The notes below the pieces were generated by a model, which ran no database searches, was not told the origin of the DNA, and was given only the letters and a program-made list of their open reading frames with translations. From Candidatus Woesebacteria bacterium RIFCSPHIGHO2_02_FULL_42_20 (GTDB lineage Bacteria; Patescibacteriota; Microgenomatia; UBA8517), in assembly GCA_001792535.1 (NCBI GenBank), contig MGGS01000008.1, positions 11,016-75,015 on the forward strand: DNA of 64,000 nt. Reading direction: 5' to 3'. The translations under genes were made by a program, and so were the position numbers. Of the stretch, positions 29,857-39,309 are shown piece after piece (position 1 is the first letter of the stretch; each line of letters starts with the position of its first letter).

Positions 29857-30537
29857 TTGATGCGAGGCCAAAATAAATTAATTGATTTCTTTTTAAGAAG
29901 TCTATCAAAGGTAGATTTACTATTGATTACCTACTTAATATTTCTACTTTTTCTGTCAAATATAAAGTCAATTTATAACTCGATACCTTCAATATTTTCC
30001 GTGTTTATAAATTTCGACTATCTCAGAAATATAGATTCAGCATTCGGCTTTGTAGTTGGTGCCATTCTATTAATTTCCGTTCCGCCTATGTATTTACTGG
30101 GTCTGAGAGCACTGTTATCTAACGACGACATAAATACGCTGGAAATTTTAAGTCCGATGTATCATCTTATATTAATCGTTTTATCCACCATTGTACTATT
30201 CCAAGATTACTTCTCAAAAACTGTACTAATGGAGGGTGTTCTTAAAAATATGGGTGTTTATCTTAGCCTTGCAAATTCCATTTTGTTTCTATTGATTTTG
30301 ATATATTTATCCAACCACAACACCGAAAATTATAAAAAATACATCGAGAAATATTATTTTGAGAGAAATTGGAAATTATTATCATTATTGGGTATGATTA
30401 TACTAACAGTTTTATATTTTATTTTACTCGACGCATTAGGAACCATTAAGTCGGCAGTTACGGCTTACTTTATAACAATATTAGTGGTTGAGATTATAAG
30501 ATCAGTTTTGAGTAAAGTTCCATTTACAAAAAGCTAA
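29857..30537 (+). CDS. AT-rich multi-pass membrane protein
   Basis: About six hydrophobic segments. Confidence 0.6.
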   Translation: MMRGQNKLIDFFLRSLSKVDLLLITYLIFLLFLSNIKSIYNSIPSIFSVFINFDYLRNIDSAFGFVVGAILLISVPPMYLLGLRALLSNDDINTLEILSPMYHLILIVLSTIVLFQDYFSKTVLMEGVLKNMGVYLSLANSILFLLILIYLSNHNTENYKKYIEKYYFERNWKLLSLLGMIILTVLYFILLDALGTIKSAVTAYFITILVVEIIRSVLSKVPFTKS

Positions 30538-30739
30538 TAAACAAGCAAATCTCGGACTTAGTTAGAATAAAGGGCTGAATTTATTAGAAGCTTCTTTCAA
30601 TTCCTTCATCGCAGCCACGAATTGACTAATTTGCGAGTTCGAAATAAAATAAATTTGGGTCACAAATTATCTGAAAGATCCCAGATTACTTTACAAGCCT
30701 TGACATGAACCCCAATAGTTGCAATGATCAATAGTAAGA

Positions 30740-32833
30740 TTGAAGGACTACATGGGTAGTGTAAATAAGCCTAAAAATTTCCATGATTTTACCGCGCTGT
30801 TGAGTTTGGCGGCTATAGTACTGGCGATTTTTGTGGGGGTAAACGGTTATTTGGTTTCTCCTTCACAAAAAACAGTTATACCAAAAGCAAAAGCTGCTCA
30901 ATCTGCCAAAACTCCATTCAAATTTATGAGTGGCGTGAGTCGGGCTCGTGCACCGGACTTGCGGGTCAATCCTGTACCCCCGGCAACGCGGCAGTATCTG
31001 GAAGGGTTGGCCAGGAATTACGACCTGATATTTCCCTTGAGGGCTACATGGGAGCAGGACGGAACAAAGACATACGCTACATGGGTATACCCGATCCTCA
31101 AAAACCTCAACCCGGATATTTATCTTCAAGAATATGCCAACCCGAGGAACTGGGGAGGAAATGTTTTTGAGCAAGAGGAGATCCCGGAATTGTGGTACTT
31201 GCATGATCCCGTCAGTTCAAACAGGATAGAAGATCGAGTAGTAACTTTTTGGTGGACTATTAATCCCGATGTGAACGCCCATAACGAATGGGTGTATGAC
31301 ATGGGGAATGTAAATTTCAGGAACTTCTTTGCCCAAAAAGTTGTATTTGCCCTCCAACAGGGGTTAGACGGACTGTGGATGGATAACGCAGGACCTCCGT
31401 CAGGTGATGATAAGTATGTTATGCCCATCAAACGCTTTCGGGATGGAGTGGTCATGAACCCGCTAAATCCCCGCACCGGGAAGACATACACCGTACTTGA
31501 ACAATACCAGGAGTATCTGGCAATGGCACAGACGGTGAGAACTGCGGTTGACCAAGCATTTCCCAGCGGATTGTCGAAGAACGGATTGCCAATTCTCCTT
31601 CAACCGAACGTGGGCTCGGGGATAAGTGACTTGGAGTGGAACGTAGTTGAACAATATAAAGCGGTGTTGTCAGAAGGAGGGGGTTGGTTTGCTCATTCAG
31701 ATATGGCCACATATTCACAAGCGCGCTGGAATCGGGATGTGGACACGACAGCGGAGGTAATGCGGCGAAAACTACCGATGGTGTATTTGGGTAAGGCATG
31801 GGGTGATAGCCAACCATGGCCGGGTACCAGCCGGTTGATGTTTGCATACGCAAGCGCTTTGCTGGCAGCCGGTGCTCCCGGAGATCAGTTTTATTTTCGC
31901 CATGCTTCGGGAGAGTATGAAGCATGGCCGGGATTTAATGTAGATATCGGTTATGCTAAAGGAAATTATTTTCAGTGGCCGGGGACAAATAATGTGTTCG
32001 CAAGATGGTTTGATAGAGCATTGGTACTGGTGAATCCATCGGCAACAGCGGAAACGCTGAATCCCGGTTTGACATACCAACCTTTTGTGGATTATTCAGA
32101 CAGAAACGGGGGTGGAGGACTGGACTGGAGGGGATTGGGTGCAGAGACGGCCGCGTCACTGACGATTCGGGGTTACGAGGCGGCGATTTTGGTAACAGAT
32201 CAATCTCCAGTTTTCTTGCCTACTCCTAGGCCAACCGCTCCCGCTACTCCCGCTCCCACTCCAACCCCTCTTAATTATGACTTTGATGTTCAGTGTTTCT
32301 CATACGAACCGGGGAGCTGTACTGCTCCCAATGAAAATGAGCCTTGTCCACCCTGTTGGGAGCGGGAAGGAAGTTGCCCTGGGACTCTTTCAATGGGCCA
32401 ACAGTGCAGAGACTTCCGGTTTACTTGTAGACATATACCCGGTTGTGTAGCTCCTACACCGGAAATCGGAGTAAAAGCCTTTGGAGCACCCAAAGCAACC
32501 TCTCCAGCTTTATATTGTGATGCATCGGGCAATCCTACTACAAACCCAACAGGCCTCCTTTATACCGCACTGGGGTGCATTGATTTTGGAAGCCCGGGTG
32601 GAGTAGGAGTAGCAATAACTATGCTTAGAGCGGGAGCATCGATAGTAGGCGGAATTGCCTTCCTTCTCATCATCTTTGGCGGATTTAAAGTAATGACTTC
32701 ACAAAACGATCCCGAACGCCTGCAGTCAGGCAAAAATGTAATATCTGCGGCCGTCATCGGCTTAGCCTTCGTCCTCTTTTCAGTCATCATCCTTAAAGTA
32801 ATTGGAGTAGATGTGCTTGGATTGGGGTTATAA
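30740..32833 (+). CDS. Putative glycoside hydrolase-like protein fused via Pro/Thr and Cys-rich linkers to a C-terminal CPR-type pilin domain
   Basis: LDGLWMDN and ARWFDRALVLVNP (GH-like TIM barrel); PTPRPTAPATPAPTPTP; LYTALGCI..GGIAFLLIIFGGFKVMTSQNDPERLQSGKNVISAAVIGL..GVDVLGL. Confidence 0.75.
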   Translation: MKDYMGSVNKPKNFHDFTALLSLAAIVLAIFVGVNGYLVSPSQKTVIPKAKAAQSAKTPFKFMSGVSRARAPDLRVNPVPPATRQYLEGLARNYDLIFPLRATWEQDGTKTYATWVYPILKNLNPDIYLQEYANPRNWGGNVFEQEEIPELWYLHDPVSSNRIEDRVVTFWWTINPDVNAHNEWVYDMGNVNFRNFFAQKVVFALQQGLDGLWMDNAGPPSGDDKYVMPIKRFRDGVVMNPLNPRTGKTYTVLEQYQEYLAMAQTVRTAVDQAFPSGLSKNGLPILLQPNVGSGISDLEWNVVEQYKAVLSEGGGWFAHSDMATYSQARWNRDVDTTAEVMRRKLPMVYLGKAWGDSQPWPGTSRLMFAYASALLAAGAPGDQFYFRHASGEYEAWPGFNVDIGYAKGNYFQWPGTNNVFARWFDRALVLVNPSATAETLNPGLTYQPFVDYSDRNGGGGLDWRGLGAETAASLTIRGYEAAILVTDQSPVFLPTPRPTAPATPAPTPTPLNYDFDVQCFSYEPGSCTAPNENEPCPPCWEREGSCPGTLSMGQQCRDFRFTCRHIPGCVAPTPEIGVKAFGAPKATSPALYCDASGNPTTNPTGLLYTALGCIDFGSPGGVGVAITMLRAGASIVGGIAFLLIIFGGFKVMTSQNDPERLQSGKNVISAAVIGLAFVLFSVIILKVIGVDVLGLGL

Positions 32834-33970
32834 CTAAACGTCCCTTTCAACCATATATTGGGCAACGCCGTCGAGGTAGTTAATTGCCTCTTTGTTCCAG
32901 CCCTTTTTGAGCATGTCAGGAATTGCTTTTTGGGCGCGCCTGGCCCAGGATCTTGAAATGTCTCGAGAATAATCAAGTGACCCTGTATCTTTGACAATTT
33001 TTCTGGCCTCCCCGGCCTCGCTTTCGGTTAAATCACGTTTACCCCAAATTTCTTTCAATCTTTTTACCTGGGCGGGTGAACCGTTTTTCAAAGCCTTAAT
33101 GATTAACAGAGTCATTTTTCCTTGGCGGAGATCCGAGTGGGCGGGTTTACCTGTTTTAACGGGGTCACCATAAAGCCCCAAAATATCGTCTTGTAGTTGA
33201 AATGCAATACCACCCGGAATTGCATATTTTGTAAGTATTTTAAGGTCGTTCCCGCTTGCCCCTGAGAGGATTGCGCCAATATGAAGCGGATTTTCATAGG
33301 TATATATTGCGGTCTTGGCCAAATGCAGATCAAAAATGTCCTTTTCTTGTGCTTGGCCTCCGGCTTCCAAAGTTACGTCGAATGCCTGCCCCAACCCCGT
33401 ATTGACAAGTCCTTGAAGGAGTCTGTTTAAGGCAGCAAGTTTCCGGTTTTCCGGGAAGTTGACTTCTCCCAAGATTTGGTGCCCAGCCAAAAGAGCAACG
33501 TCTCCGATGTTAAGTGCCATGCTTTCGCCATAGTGGAGGGGGGCGAATCTATATTTCCTGTCTTGGTGAATTTTTTTGTAATACTCATGGGTTGTGGGTT
33601 TCCCGCGGCGGGTGTCGTCTTGGTCCATAAAATCGTCGTGCATTAGTAGAGCAGTGTGTACTAGTTCAATACACATAGATGCTTTTAAAAGATCTTCTTC
33701 CTTGTCATTTTTAAAAAGTCTGTAACCGTAGTAAACAAATGAGCCCCGAATGCGCTTTGCGGGTCGGAGGTTGTGTTCTTTAATGTGCTTCCAAACATGG
33801 ATTGATAAGTCTCTCTCTTTTTTACTAACCCCAAATGAATTTTTGATTTCGGCGTCGAAGTAACTTTCAAGTTCTTTTTCGATCTTGGTAACAAAGTTTA
33901 TGAGAGTTTCTTTAGCGCGAAGCGCTTTCTCACTTTTGGTTTTGTTGACGACTTGCTCGATTGTGCTCAT
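32834..33970 (-). CDS. Polyprenyl (geranylgeranyl-type) diphosphate synthase
   Basis: KRIRG, LMHDDFMDQDDTRRG, GQAFD, KTA, FQLQDDILG..KTGK..DLRQGK. Confidence 0.93.
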   Translation of the reverse strand: MSTIEQVVNKTKSEKALRAKETLINFVTKIEKELESYFDAEIKNSFGVSKKERDLSIHVWKHIKEHNLRPAKRIRGSFVYYGYRLFKNDKEEDLLKASMCIELVHTALLMHDDFMDQDDTRRGKPTTHEYYKKIHQDRKYRFAPLHYGESMALNIGDVALLAGHQILGEVNFPENRKLAALNRLLQGLVNTGLGQAFDVTLEAGGQAQEKDIFDLHLAKTAIYTYENPLHIGAILSGASGNDLKILTKYAIPGGIAFQLQDDILGLYGDPVKTGKPAHSDLRQGKMTLLIIKALKNGSPAQVKRLKEIWGKRDLTESEAGEARKIVKDTGSLDYSRDISRSWARRAQKAIPDMLKKGWNKEAINYLDGVAQYMVERDV

Positions 33971-33975
33971 GAGGA

Positions 33976-34404
33976 TTAAATTATTCCATAGTCCACTTTC
34001 GCGTATCAGTGAATTAGAAGGTTTCTAAGTTTTGGTGCTTTTTGAAATCGATTGGCCAGGTCTTTTGTGATTATTTCCTCTTTTCCCAATAGGGCCACAA
34101 CGTCAACTGCACTATCTCGCCCGGGAAGTTCCAAGGCCGATGCAATATTCATTGCGATATCAGTACATATTTCAACGGCGGTGTGAAGTCTGTGATTGAC
34201 CAGGTGCTGAATATCGCGGCTTGTTTCGATTTGATTTAGACTACTTTTGTCTAAACATAAAACTCCAATGTCGATGTCACTTTTAGATGACTGGGTCCCT
34301 TTGGAGTAGGAACCAAAAATATAGGCTGCGACAGCATAAGACTCTTTGGCCAGTAAAGTTTCTATCTGTTTAATAACTTTGTGATCAAGCTTAAATTTCA
34401 TCAA
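33976..34404 (-). pseudogene. Collapsed MNT-HEPN toxin-antitoxin pair (in-frame deletion fusion, nonsense codon after the RNase motif)
   Basis: YIFGSYSKG..KSDIDIG joined directly to DIQHLVNHRLHTAVEICTDI..LRNLLIH*YAKVDY. Confidence 0.75.
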
Positions 34405-34463
34405 TTTAGTATATCATATCAATTGTTTAGTATTGCGCTTTTCTGTTATACTTTTGATACTTA

Positions 34464-35759
34464 GTGATGAAGAAATTTAAAAAAGATCTCTCGCTTCCAA
34501 AGGGAACTGTTATTCCCAATCACATCTCAATCATTTGTGATGGCAATGGCCGCTGGGCCAGATCCCGTGGTCTTCCGGTTGCCCGGGGCCACGAAGCCGG
34601 CGCAAAGGCCCTAAAAGAATTGGTACGCAACTGTAGAGACTTGGGAGTGCACACATTGACTTTGTGGGGTTTCTCGACCGAAAACTGGGGCCGTCCCGAA
34701 GACGAGGTTATACAAATTATGAAACTGGTCAAAAGAACCATAGAGGAGACTTTGGATGAAGCTAAAAAAGAAGGCGTACGGTTCATACATCTGGGTAGAA
34801 AGGACAGAATACCAAAGGAACTATTAAATCTTATAACCAAAGCTGAGAATGAAACCAGAAATAACTCGAGATATGTTTTTAATTTGGCACTTGATTATGG
34901 TGGGCATGACGAGATATTGAGGGCCATCAGGAAGTTAGTTGAAGACGGTGTCAAACCAAAAGATATTGATGAGCAAAAATTCTTGAAATATCTGGATACC
35001 GGTGATCAACCCTATCCTTACCCCGATCTTTATATCAGGACTTCAGGGGAACTGAGAACTAGCGGGTTTTTAATTTGGCAAAGCGCATATTCAGAATTTT
35101 ACTTCGAGCAGGACCACCTTCCTGATATCAATATTGATAAACTCAAAGCAGCTATTCTTGATTATTCAAGACGCCGACGACGGTTCGGTAAAAAAGATAA
35201 AGCTATTAGTTTTAAGTTCGACCCTTCAATGGTGGCAAAATTGGAACTTGGTTGGCGGCACGCCCTAGCCATGGGGGAAGGGGATAGATTCAGAGACCTT
35301 GTGGTCCGTTATGTGAGTGAGCACTACGGGCTTTCCAAAGAATTGGCAAAAGTGGCCGGCAAAGCGCTCGCCAAAGCGATTTTGTATGGTGAAAATAAGG
35401 AGTGGGACGAGGCAAAGCGGGCGCTTAAGGGTTTGTATGAAATAGTCAAAAAGACTTTGGGTTTGGCATTTGAACCGGATTTGGTCGCTTCCCTAGAAGT
35501 AAATCTCTGGCGAGTCAATGGCAATGCCAGTGAAACTCAGGAAGGTTTGATGATCGAGGAGCAATACAAACAGCTTTATGCCGAAACATATAGAATTTCC
35601 AATTACCAAATAAGCAAAGCCGCGCACTTAGCAGCATTAGCCACTGCCGAGAGGGACCTTGCCATTAAAGAAACAGGTCTAAAGGCAGAACTTCATTGGG
35701 CCAAATCACAGGATTATACCGAGCGCTTCTATAGAGCTTTGAAGGAGAGAATAGCCTAA
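34464..35759 (+). CDS. uppS: Undecaprenyl diphosphate synthase with a C-terminal extension of about 190 aa
   Basis: PNHISIICDGNGRWA, FSTENW, DYGG, PDLYIRTSGELRTSGFLIWQSAYSE, RRRRFG. Confidence 0.93.
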   Translation: MMKKFKKDLSLPKGTVIPNHISIICDGNGRWARSRGLPVARGHEAGAKALKELVRNCRDLGVHTLTLWGFSTENWGRPEDEVIQIMKLVKRTIEETLDEAKKEGVRFIHLGRKDRIPKELLNLITKAENETRNNSRYVFNLALDYGGHDEILRAIRKLVEDGVKPKDIDEQKFLKYLDTGDQPYPYPDLYIRTSGELRTSGFLIWQSAYSEFYFEQDHLPDINIDKLKAAILDYSRRRRRFGKKDKAISFKFDPSMVAKLELGWRHALAMGEGDRFRDLVVRYVSEHYGLSKELAKVAGKALAKAILYGENKEWDEAKRALKGLYEIVKKTLGLAFEPDLVASLEVNLWRVNGNASETQEGLMIEEQYKQLYAETYRISNYQISKAAHLAALATAERDLAIKETGLKAELHWAKSQDYTERFYRALKERIA

Positions 35760-35771
35760 GCTCAAATTTTT

Positions 35772-35794
35772 TTGCATGTTGACATAACATGCAA
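35772..35794. promoter_or_regulatory. Inverted-repeat operator overlapping a TTGACA -35 box
   Basis: TTGCATGTT-GACAT-AACATGCAA, about 80 bp upstream of the HTH gene. Confidence 0.55.
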
Positions 35795-35873
35795 CACTTT
35801 GTTATCTTGTGACTGACTAAAGTAAGCCTTTAGCTTCAAGCGTATAACAAAGGTGGTCTAAGTACCAATTAGT

Positions 35874-36083
35874 ATGGCAAATAAGAAAGATCTAAAACTG
35901 GAAAATCTCCCTGATCTTCTCACTGTCCGCGAAGTTGCAGAGTTATTGCGGGTTTCTCCTCTTACCATCAAGCGTTGGGGCAAGCGCGGTAAACTTCCGG
36001 CAATTAGGATTAACTCCCGGGGGGATCGGCGCTACAAAAAAGAGGCGGTGCTGTGGCTTCTGGGGATGCAGAGCAAGGACTAG
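35874..36083 (+). CDS. Excisionase/BldC-like MerR-type HTH DNA-binding protein
   Basis: LLTVREVAELLRVSPLTIKRWGKRGKLPAIRINSRGDRRY. Confidence 0.88.
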   Translation: MANKKDLKLENLPDLLTVREVAELLRVSPLTIKRWGKRGKLPAIRINSRGDRRYKKEAVLWLLGMQSKD

Positions 36084-36145
36084 ACAGGTAACTACCAGTC
36101 TGTAGTATAATTACCCTTAATTTCTGTTGATTTCCTGGCATTACT

Positions 36146-37054
36146 ATGTTGAAAAAGATTGGATTGTTGTTTGCTGCGGTTTTAACCATAAATTCGCTCT
36201 TCGCGGTCAAACCGCAGTTTGTTCACGCGGCTAGTGCCTTGCCAACTATTTCGTCATCACCCTCTCCCATTCCGTCGCCCCAACCTACTTCCGTACCGAC
36301 TCCGGTGCTCAGAGCTGATTTAACCCAAAAGTCCGAAGAAACCTCAGGGCACTTAGAGAGGCTTTTGGAAGAACAAGTTTTGGGTCCTGTCTGGCCGGTA
36401 AATCCTCTCAAATACGCTATTCGTGCATCAATTGCCTCGGGTGTACCGGCAAATACAATAGTTTTACTTTTGCTTTTGCCGGTAATTGCCTTTGTCATTG
36501 CCGCCTCTCGGCACATTGTGGGGCTTCGGGGTTTCGGTATATTTCTTCCCGCGGCTCTGTCTGTTGTGTTTGTGGCTTTGGGGCCGATTATCGGTATAGG
36601 TTTATTTTTATTAATTGTTCTTTTGTCTACGACCACTCGGTTAGCTCTAAGAAAGTTTAAAATTCAGCTTCAGTACCTTCCCCGAATGGCTCTTATTCTC
36701 TGGTCGGTGGTTGTGGGAGTGTTGGGAATGCTTTTCTTGTCCCCTTTCCTGGGCGGCTTTGTTTTTGGAAACATTTCAATCTTTCCGGTTTTAATTCTTG
36801 CCCTTTTGGCCGAAGACTTTACCAAGACCCAAATAGGCAAGAGTGCCAAGACAGCTATAAACTTAACAACCGAGACTCTGATTTTGGCCCTTATGTCCTA
36901 TATCTTATTGACTTTAAAGACGATACAGGAATTTGCACTTCTTAATCCTGAAGTACTTCTGCTTTTAACTGCCGCAGGTGACGTACTTTTGGGCCGGTAT
37001 ATTGGACTTAGACTTAGAGAACTTTGGCGGTTTCGAAAGCTTTTTAAAAATTAA
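36146..37054 (+). CDS. 7TM domain protein (7TM_transglut-like) with signal peptide and Pro-rich linker
   Basis: LLLLPVIA..RHIVGLRGFGIFLP, LQYLPR, SIFPVLIL, GRYIGLRLRELWRF. Confidence 0.8.
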   Translation: MLKKIGLLFAAVLTINSLFAVKPQFVHAASALPTISSSPSPIPSPQPTSVPTPVLRADLTQKSEETSGHLERLLEEQVLGPVWPVNPLKYAIRASIASGVPANTIVLLLLLPVIAFVIAASRHIVGLRGFGIFLPAALSVVFVALGPIIGIGLFLLIVLLSTTTRLALRKFKIQLQYLPRMALILWSVVVGVLGMLFLSPFLGGFVFGNISIFPVLILALLAEDFTKTQIGKSAKTAINLTTETLILALMSYILLTLKTIQEFALLNPEVLLLLTAAGDVLLGRYIGLRLRELWRFRKLFKN

Positions 37055-37060
37055 CGTTTT

Positions 37061-38398
37061 ATGAAGGTTTCATCGGTACTAGGTCTAAATGCCAGGACTA
37101 AACTTTTTTCTTACCCTTATAATTCTAAAAAAGGCAAAAGAATCGCAAGGTCGAAGATATCGACATATAGAGTATTGAAAAAAGCACAGATTCCCACTCC
37201 CGCAATTTTTAAAAGGTTTAGGACTACTCATGATGTTTATGATTTTAATTGGGATAGTCTTCCGGCATCATTTGCTGTAAAACCAAGCCGCGGCCTTGGC
37301 GGCGAGGGGATAATCGTTGTCAAAAAAAGAGCAAAGGAGCTTGGATTTTGGATAACCATCCAGAAAAAAAGAATTGGAGTTGGTGACCTTAAGCTTCACG
37401 TAATGGACATTTTGGAGGGTGCGTATAGCCTTGGAAATTACCCGGACGTGGCTTTTATTCAGGAGTTCGTCGACCGGCACAATGCATTCAGGAAATATAG
37501 CTTTAGGGGTACTCCTGATATCAGGATAATTGTCTTTAATAAAGTGCCTGTCATGGCAATGTTGCGCCTTCCAACAAAAGAATCCGGTGGCCGGGCTAAT
37601 CTACACCAGGGAGCGCTGGGACTCGGAGTGGATATTACGACAGGGATTACCACAAAAGCCGTATACAACAGTAATCTTATAAGGTATAAGCCGGGAACTG
37701 AAAGGAAGCTTAACGGAATAAAGATTCCTCAATGGGAGGAGATTTTGAAAATTGCCGTTTCCTGTCAGGAAGTTTCCAGTCTGGGCTATTTGGGGGTGGA
37801 TATCGTACTTCACCCCGAAAAAGGCCCCATGGTACTGGAGCTCAATTCCCAGCCGGGGTTGCAGATTCAGCTTGCGAATATGGCGGGATTAAAAAAAAGG
37901 CTGGAGAGAGTTGAAGACTTGCATGTAAGGGACGTCGAACACGGGGTAAATATTGGTAAGGCTTTGTTTGGCGAGAGATTTGCCGGCAGAGTCAAAAAAG
38001 ATAAAGAAGTTAAAAAAATAAGCGTTTGGGAAGAAATAACGCTGGTTTCGGATACGGGTAAGAAAGTAAGAGTACTTGCCAAAGTCGACACGGGTGCCTG
38101 GAGGACGTCGATAGATAAAGAGTTAGCAGCAAAACTTGGTATTCTTAAGAAAGAGAACATCCTCTGGATGAGGAAAATACGTACTTCATTGGGTGTTGTA
38201 GAAAGGCCGGTTATTAACTTAAAGTACTATCTATCGGGTACAAAAATTTCGACAATTGCAAGTATATCGAATAGAACCAAGATGAGGGCGCCTATTATCA
38301 TAGGTAGAAGGGATATCCAAGGTTTTTTGGTTGTTCCGGGTATTGAAGACAAACCACATCATTGGGTTCCGCCGAAGTGGAATGCTACCATCAACTAA
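37061..38398 (+). CDS. ATP-grasp ligase (alpha-L-glutamate ligase-like/sugar-transfer-associated) fused to a retropepsin-like protease
   Basis: LGLNAR, KPSRGLGGEGI, GTPDIRIIVF..PVMAMLRLPT..GRANLHQGA, LELNSQPG; C-terminal AKVDTGAWRTSID..IIIGRR. Confidence 0.88.
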   Translation: MKVSSVLGLNARTKLFSYPYNSKKGKRIARSKISTYRVLKKAQIPTPAIFKRFRTTHDVYDFNWDSLPASFAVKPSRGLGGEGIIVVKKRAKELGFWITIQKKRIGVGDLKLHVMDILEGAYSLGNYPDVAFIQEFVDRHNAFRKYSFRGTPDIRIIVFNKVPVMAMLRLPTKESGGRANLHQGALGLGVDITTGITTKAVYNSNLIRYKPGTERKLNGIKIPQWEEILKIAVSCQEVSSLGYLGVDIVLHPEKGPMVLELNSQPGLQIQLANMAGLKKRLERVEDLHVRDVEHGVNIGKALFGERFAGRVKKDKEVKKISVWEEITLVSDTGKKVRVLAKVDTGAWRTSIDKELAAKLGILKKENILWMRKIRTSLGVVERPVINLKYYLSGTKISTIASISNRTKMRAPIIIGRRDIQGFLVVPGIEDKPHHWVPPKWNATIN

Positions 38399-38400
38399 AA

Positions 38401-39309
38401 ATGGCAAAAATATTAATACTTACTTCAAAATTAACTGATACGAAGAAATCGTTTGTAAATTTGGTCAAGCAAAACTTTCAAGATGAACAAACTGAAATCT
38501 CGATCGAGGAAATCAGCACTATTTGTTTAAGCTTAAGTAAAAATGAAATCTCTTTTAAAGTATCGGGGGTTGATATTTGCAGATATGACTTAGTTTTTTT
38601 GAGGGGTATAACAAGCAGAAATATTTTTATTGCTACGACTGTAGCGATGGTGTTAGAAAAACTTGGTATAAAATATTTCGACACACTTTACAGTGAAGCG
38701 GGTCCGCATAGAAGTAAACTTGGTTCACTTGTCAAACTTGTTGGAAGTACAATTTGTATACCTAAAACGCTTTATTTTGCCGACAAAAATTATACAAAAC
38801 ACTATAGGGAAATTTCATGCGGGCTCGGTAGTCCGTTTGTTGCCAAAGAAATGTCTCTTCAAAAGGGAAAAGGGGTACATCGGATTTATTGTTTGAAAGA
38901 TCTAAGGACTTTACCGGCTCAAACGAAGAGGGGTAGTGAAAATGAATACTTTTTTCAGAAGTTCATAGAGAAGGACCATGAATACAGAATTTTGGTTTTA
39001 GGCAAAAAAATTGGAGTTTGGGAAGAGAAAATTTCCGCAAGTAAAGATGAATTTAGAAATAATATTGCCTTGGGTGCTAGAGAAATTTTTTTAAACGTTA
39101 AAGACATCCCTTCCAAATTGGAAACGCTAGCTATAAACGCAGCAGATTCTTTGGGAATTCAAGTTGCCGGAGTAGATGTGATAGTGGATGTCCACGGAAA
39201 GTATTTTGTATTGGAAGTAAACAGAGGTCCTGGATTAACGTACGACGAATCGGTTTCACCTGAATTTAAGGCAATAGCCGAATTTTTGGAAAAAGAATGT
39301 CGAAAATAG
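38401..39309 (+). CDS. RimK-like ATP-grasp ligase
   Basis: PFVAK..QKGKGV, FQKFI, EYRILVLG, FRNNIALGA, AGVD, LEVNRGPG. Confidence 0.87.
   Translation: MAKILILTSKLTDTKKSFVNLVKQNFQDEQTEISIEEISTICLSLSKNEISFKVSGVDICRYDLVFLRGITSRNIFIATTVAMVLEKLGIKYFDTLYSEAGPHRSKLGSLVKLVGSTICIPKTLYFADKNYTKHYREISCGLGSPFVAKEMSLQKGKGVHRIYCLKDLRTLPAQTKRGSENEYFFQKFIEKDHEYRILVLGKKIGVWEEKISASKDEFRNNIALGAREIFLNVKDIPSKLETLAINAADSLGIQVAGVDVIVDVHGKYFVLEVNRGPGLTYDESVSPEFKAIAEFLEKECRK

Noticed and set aside
34006-34008. TGA read as Gly (genetic code 25) or Sec in the HEPN remnant
   Set aside because: TGA terminates conserved genes at their normal ends (leuS, rplK, rplJ), so this is a nonsense mutation
35874-36083. Prophage excisionase or graspetide precursor
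   Set aside because: No integrase or phage genes are nearby, and the sequence is a clear HTH without T/S/K-D/E core repeats or a leader motif
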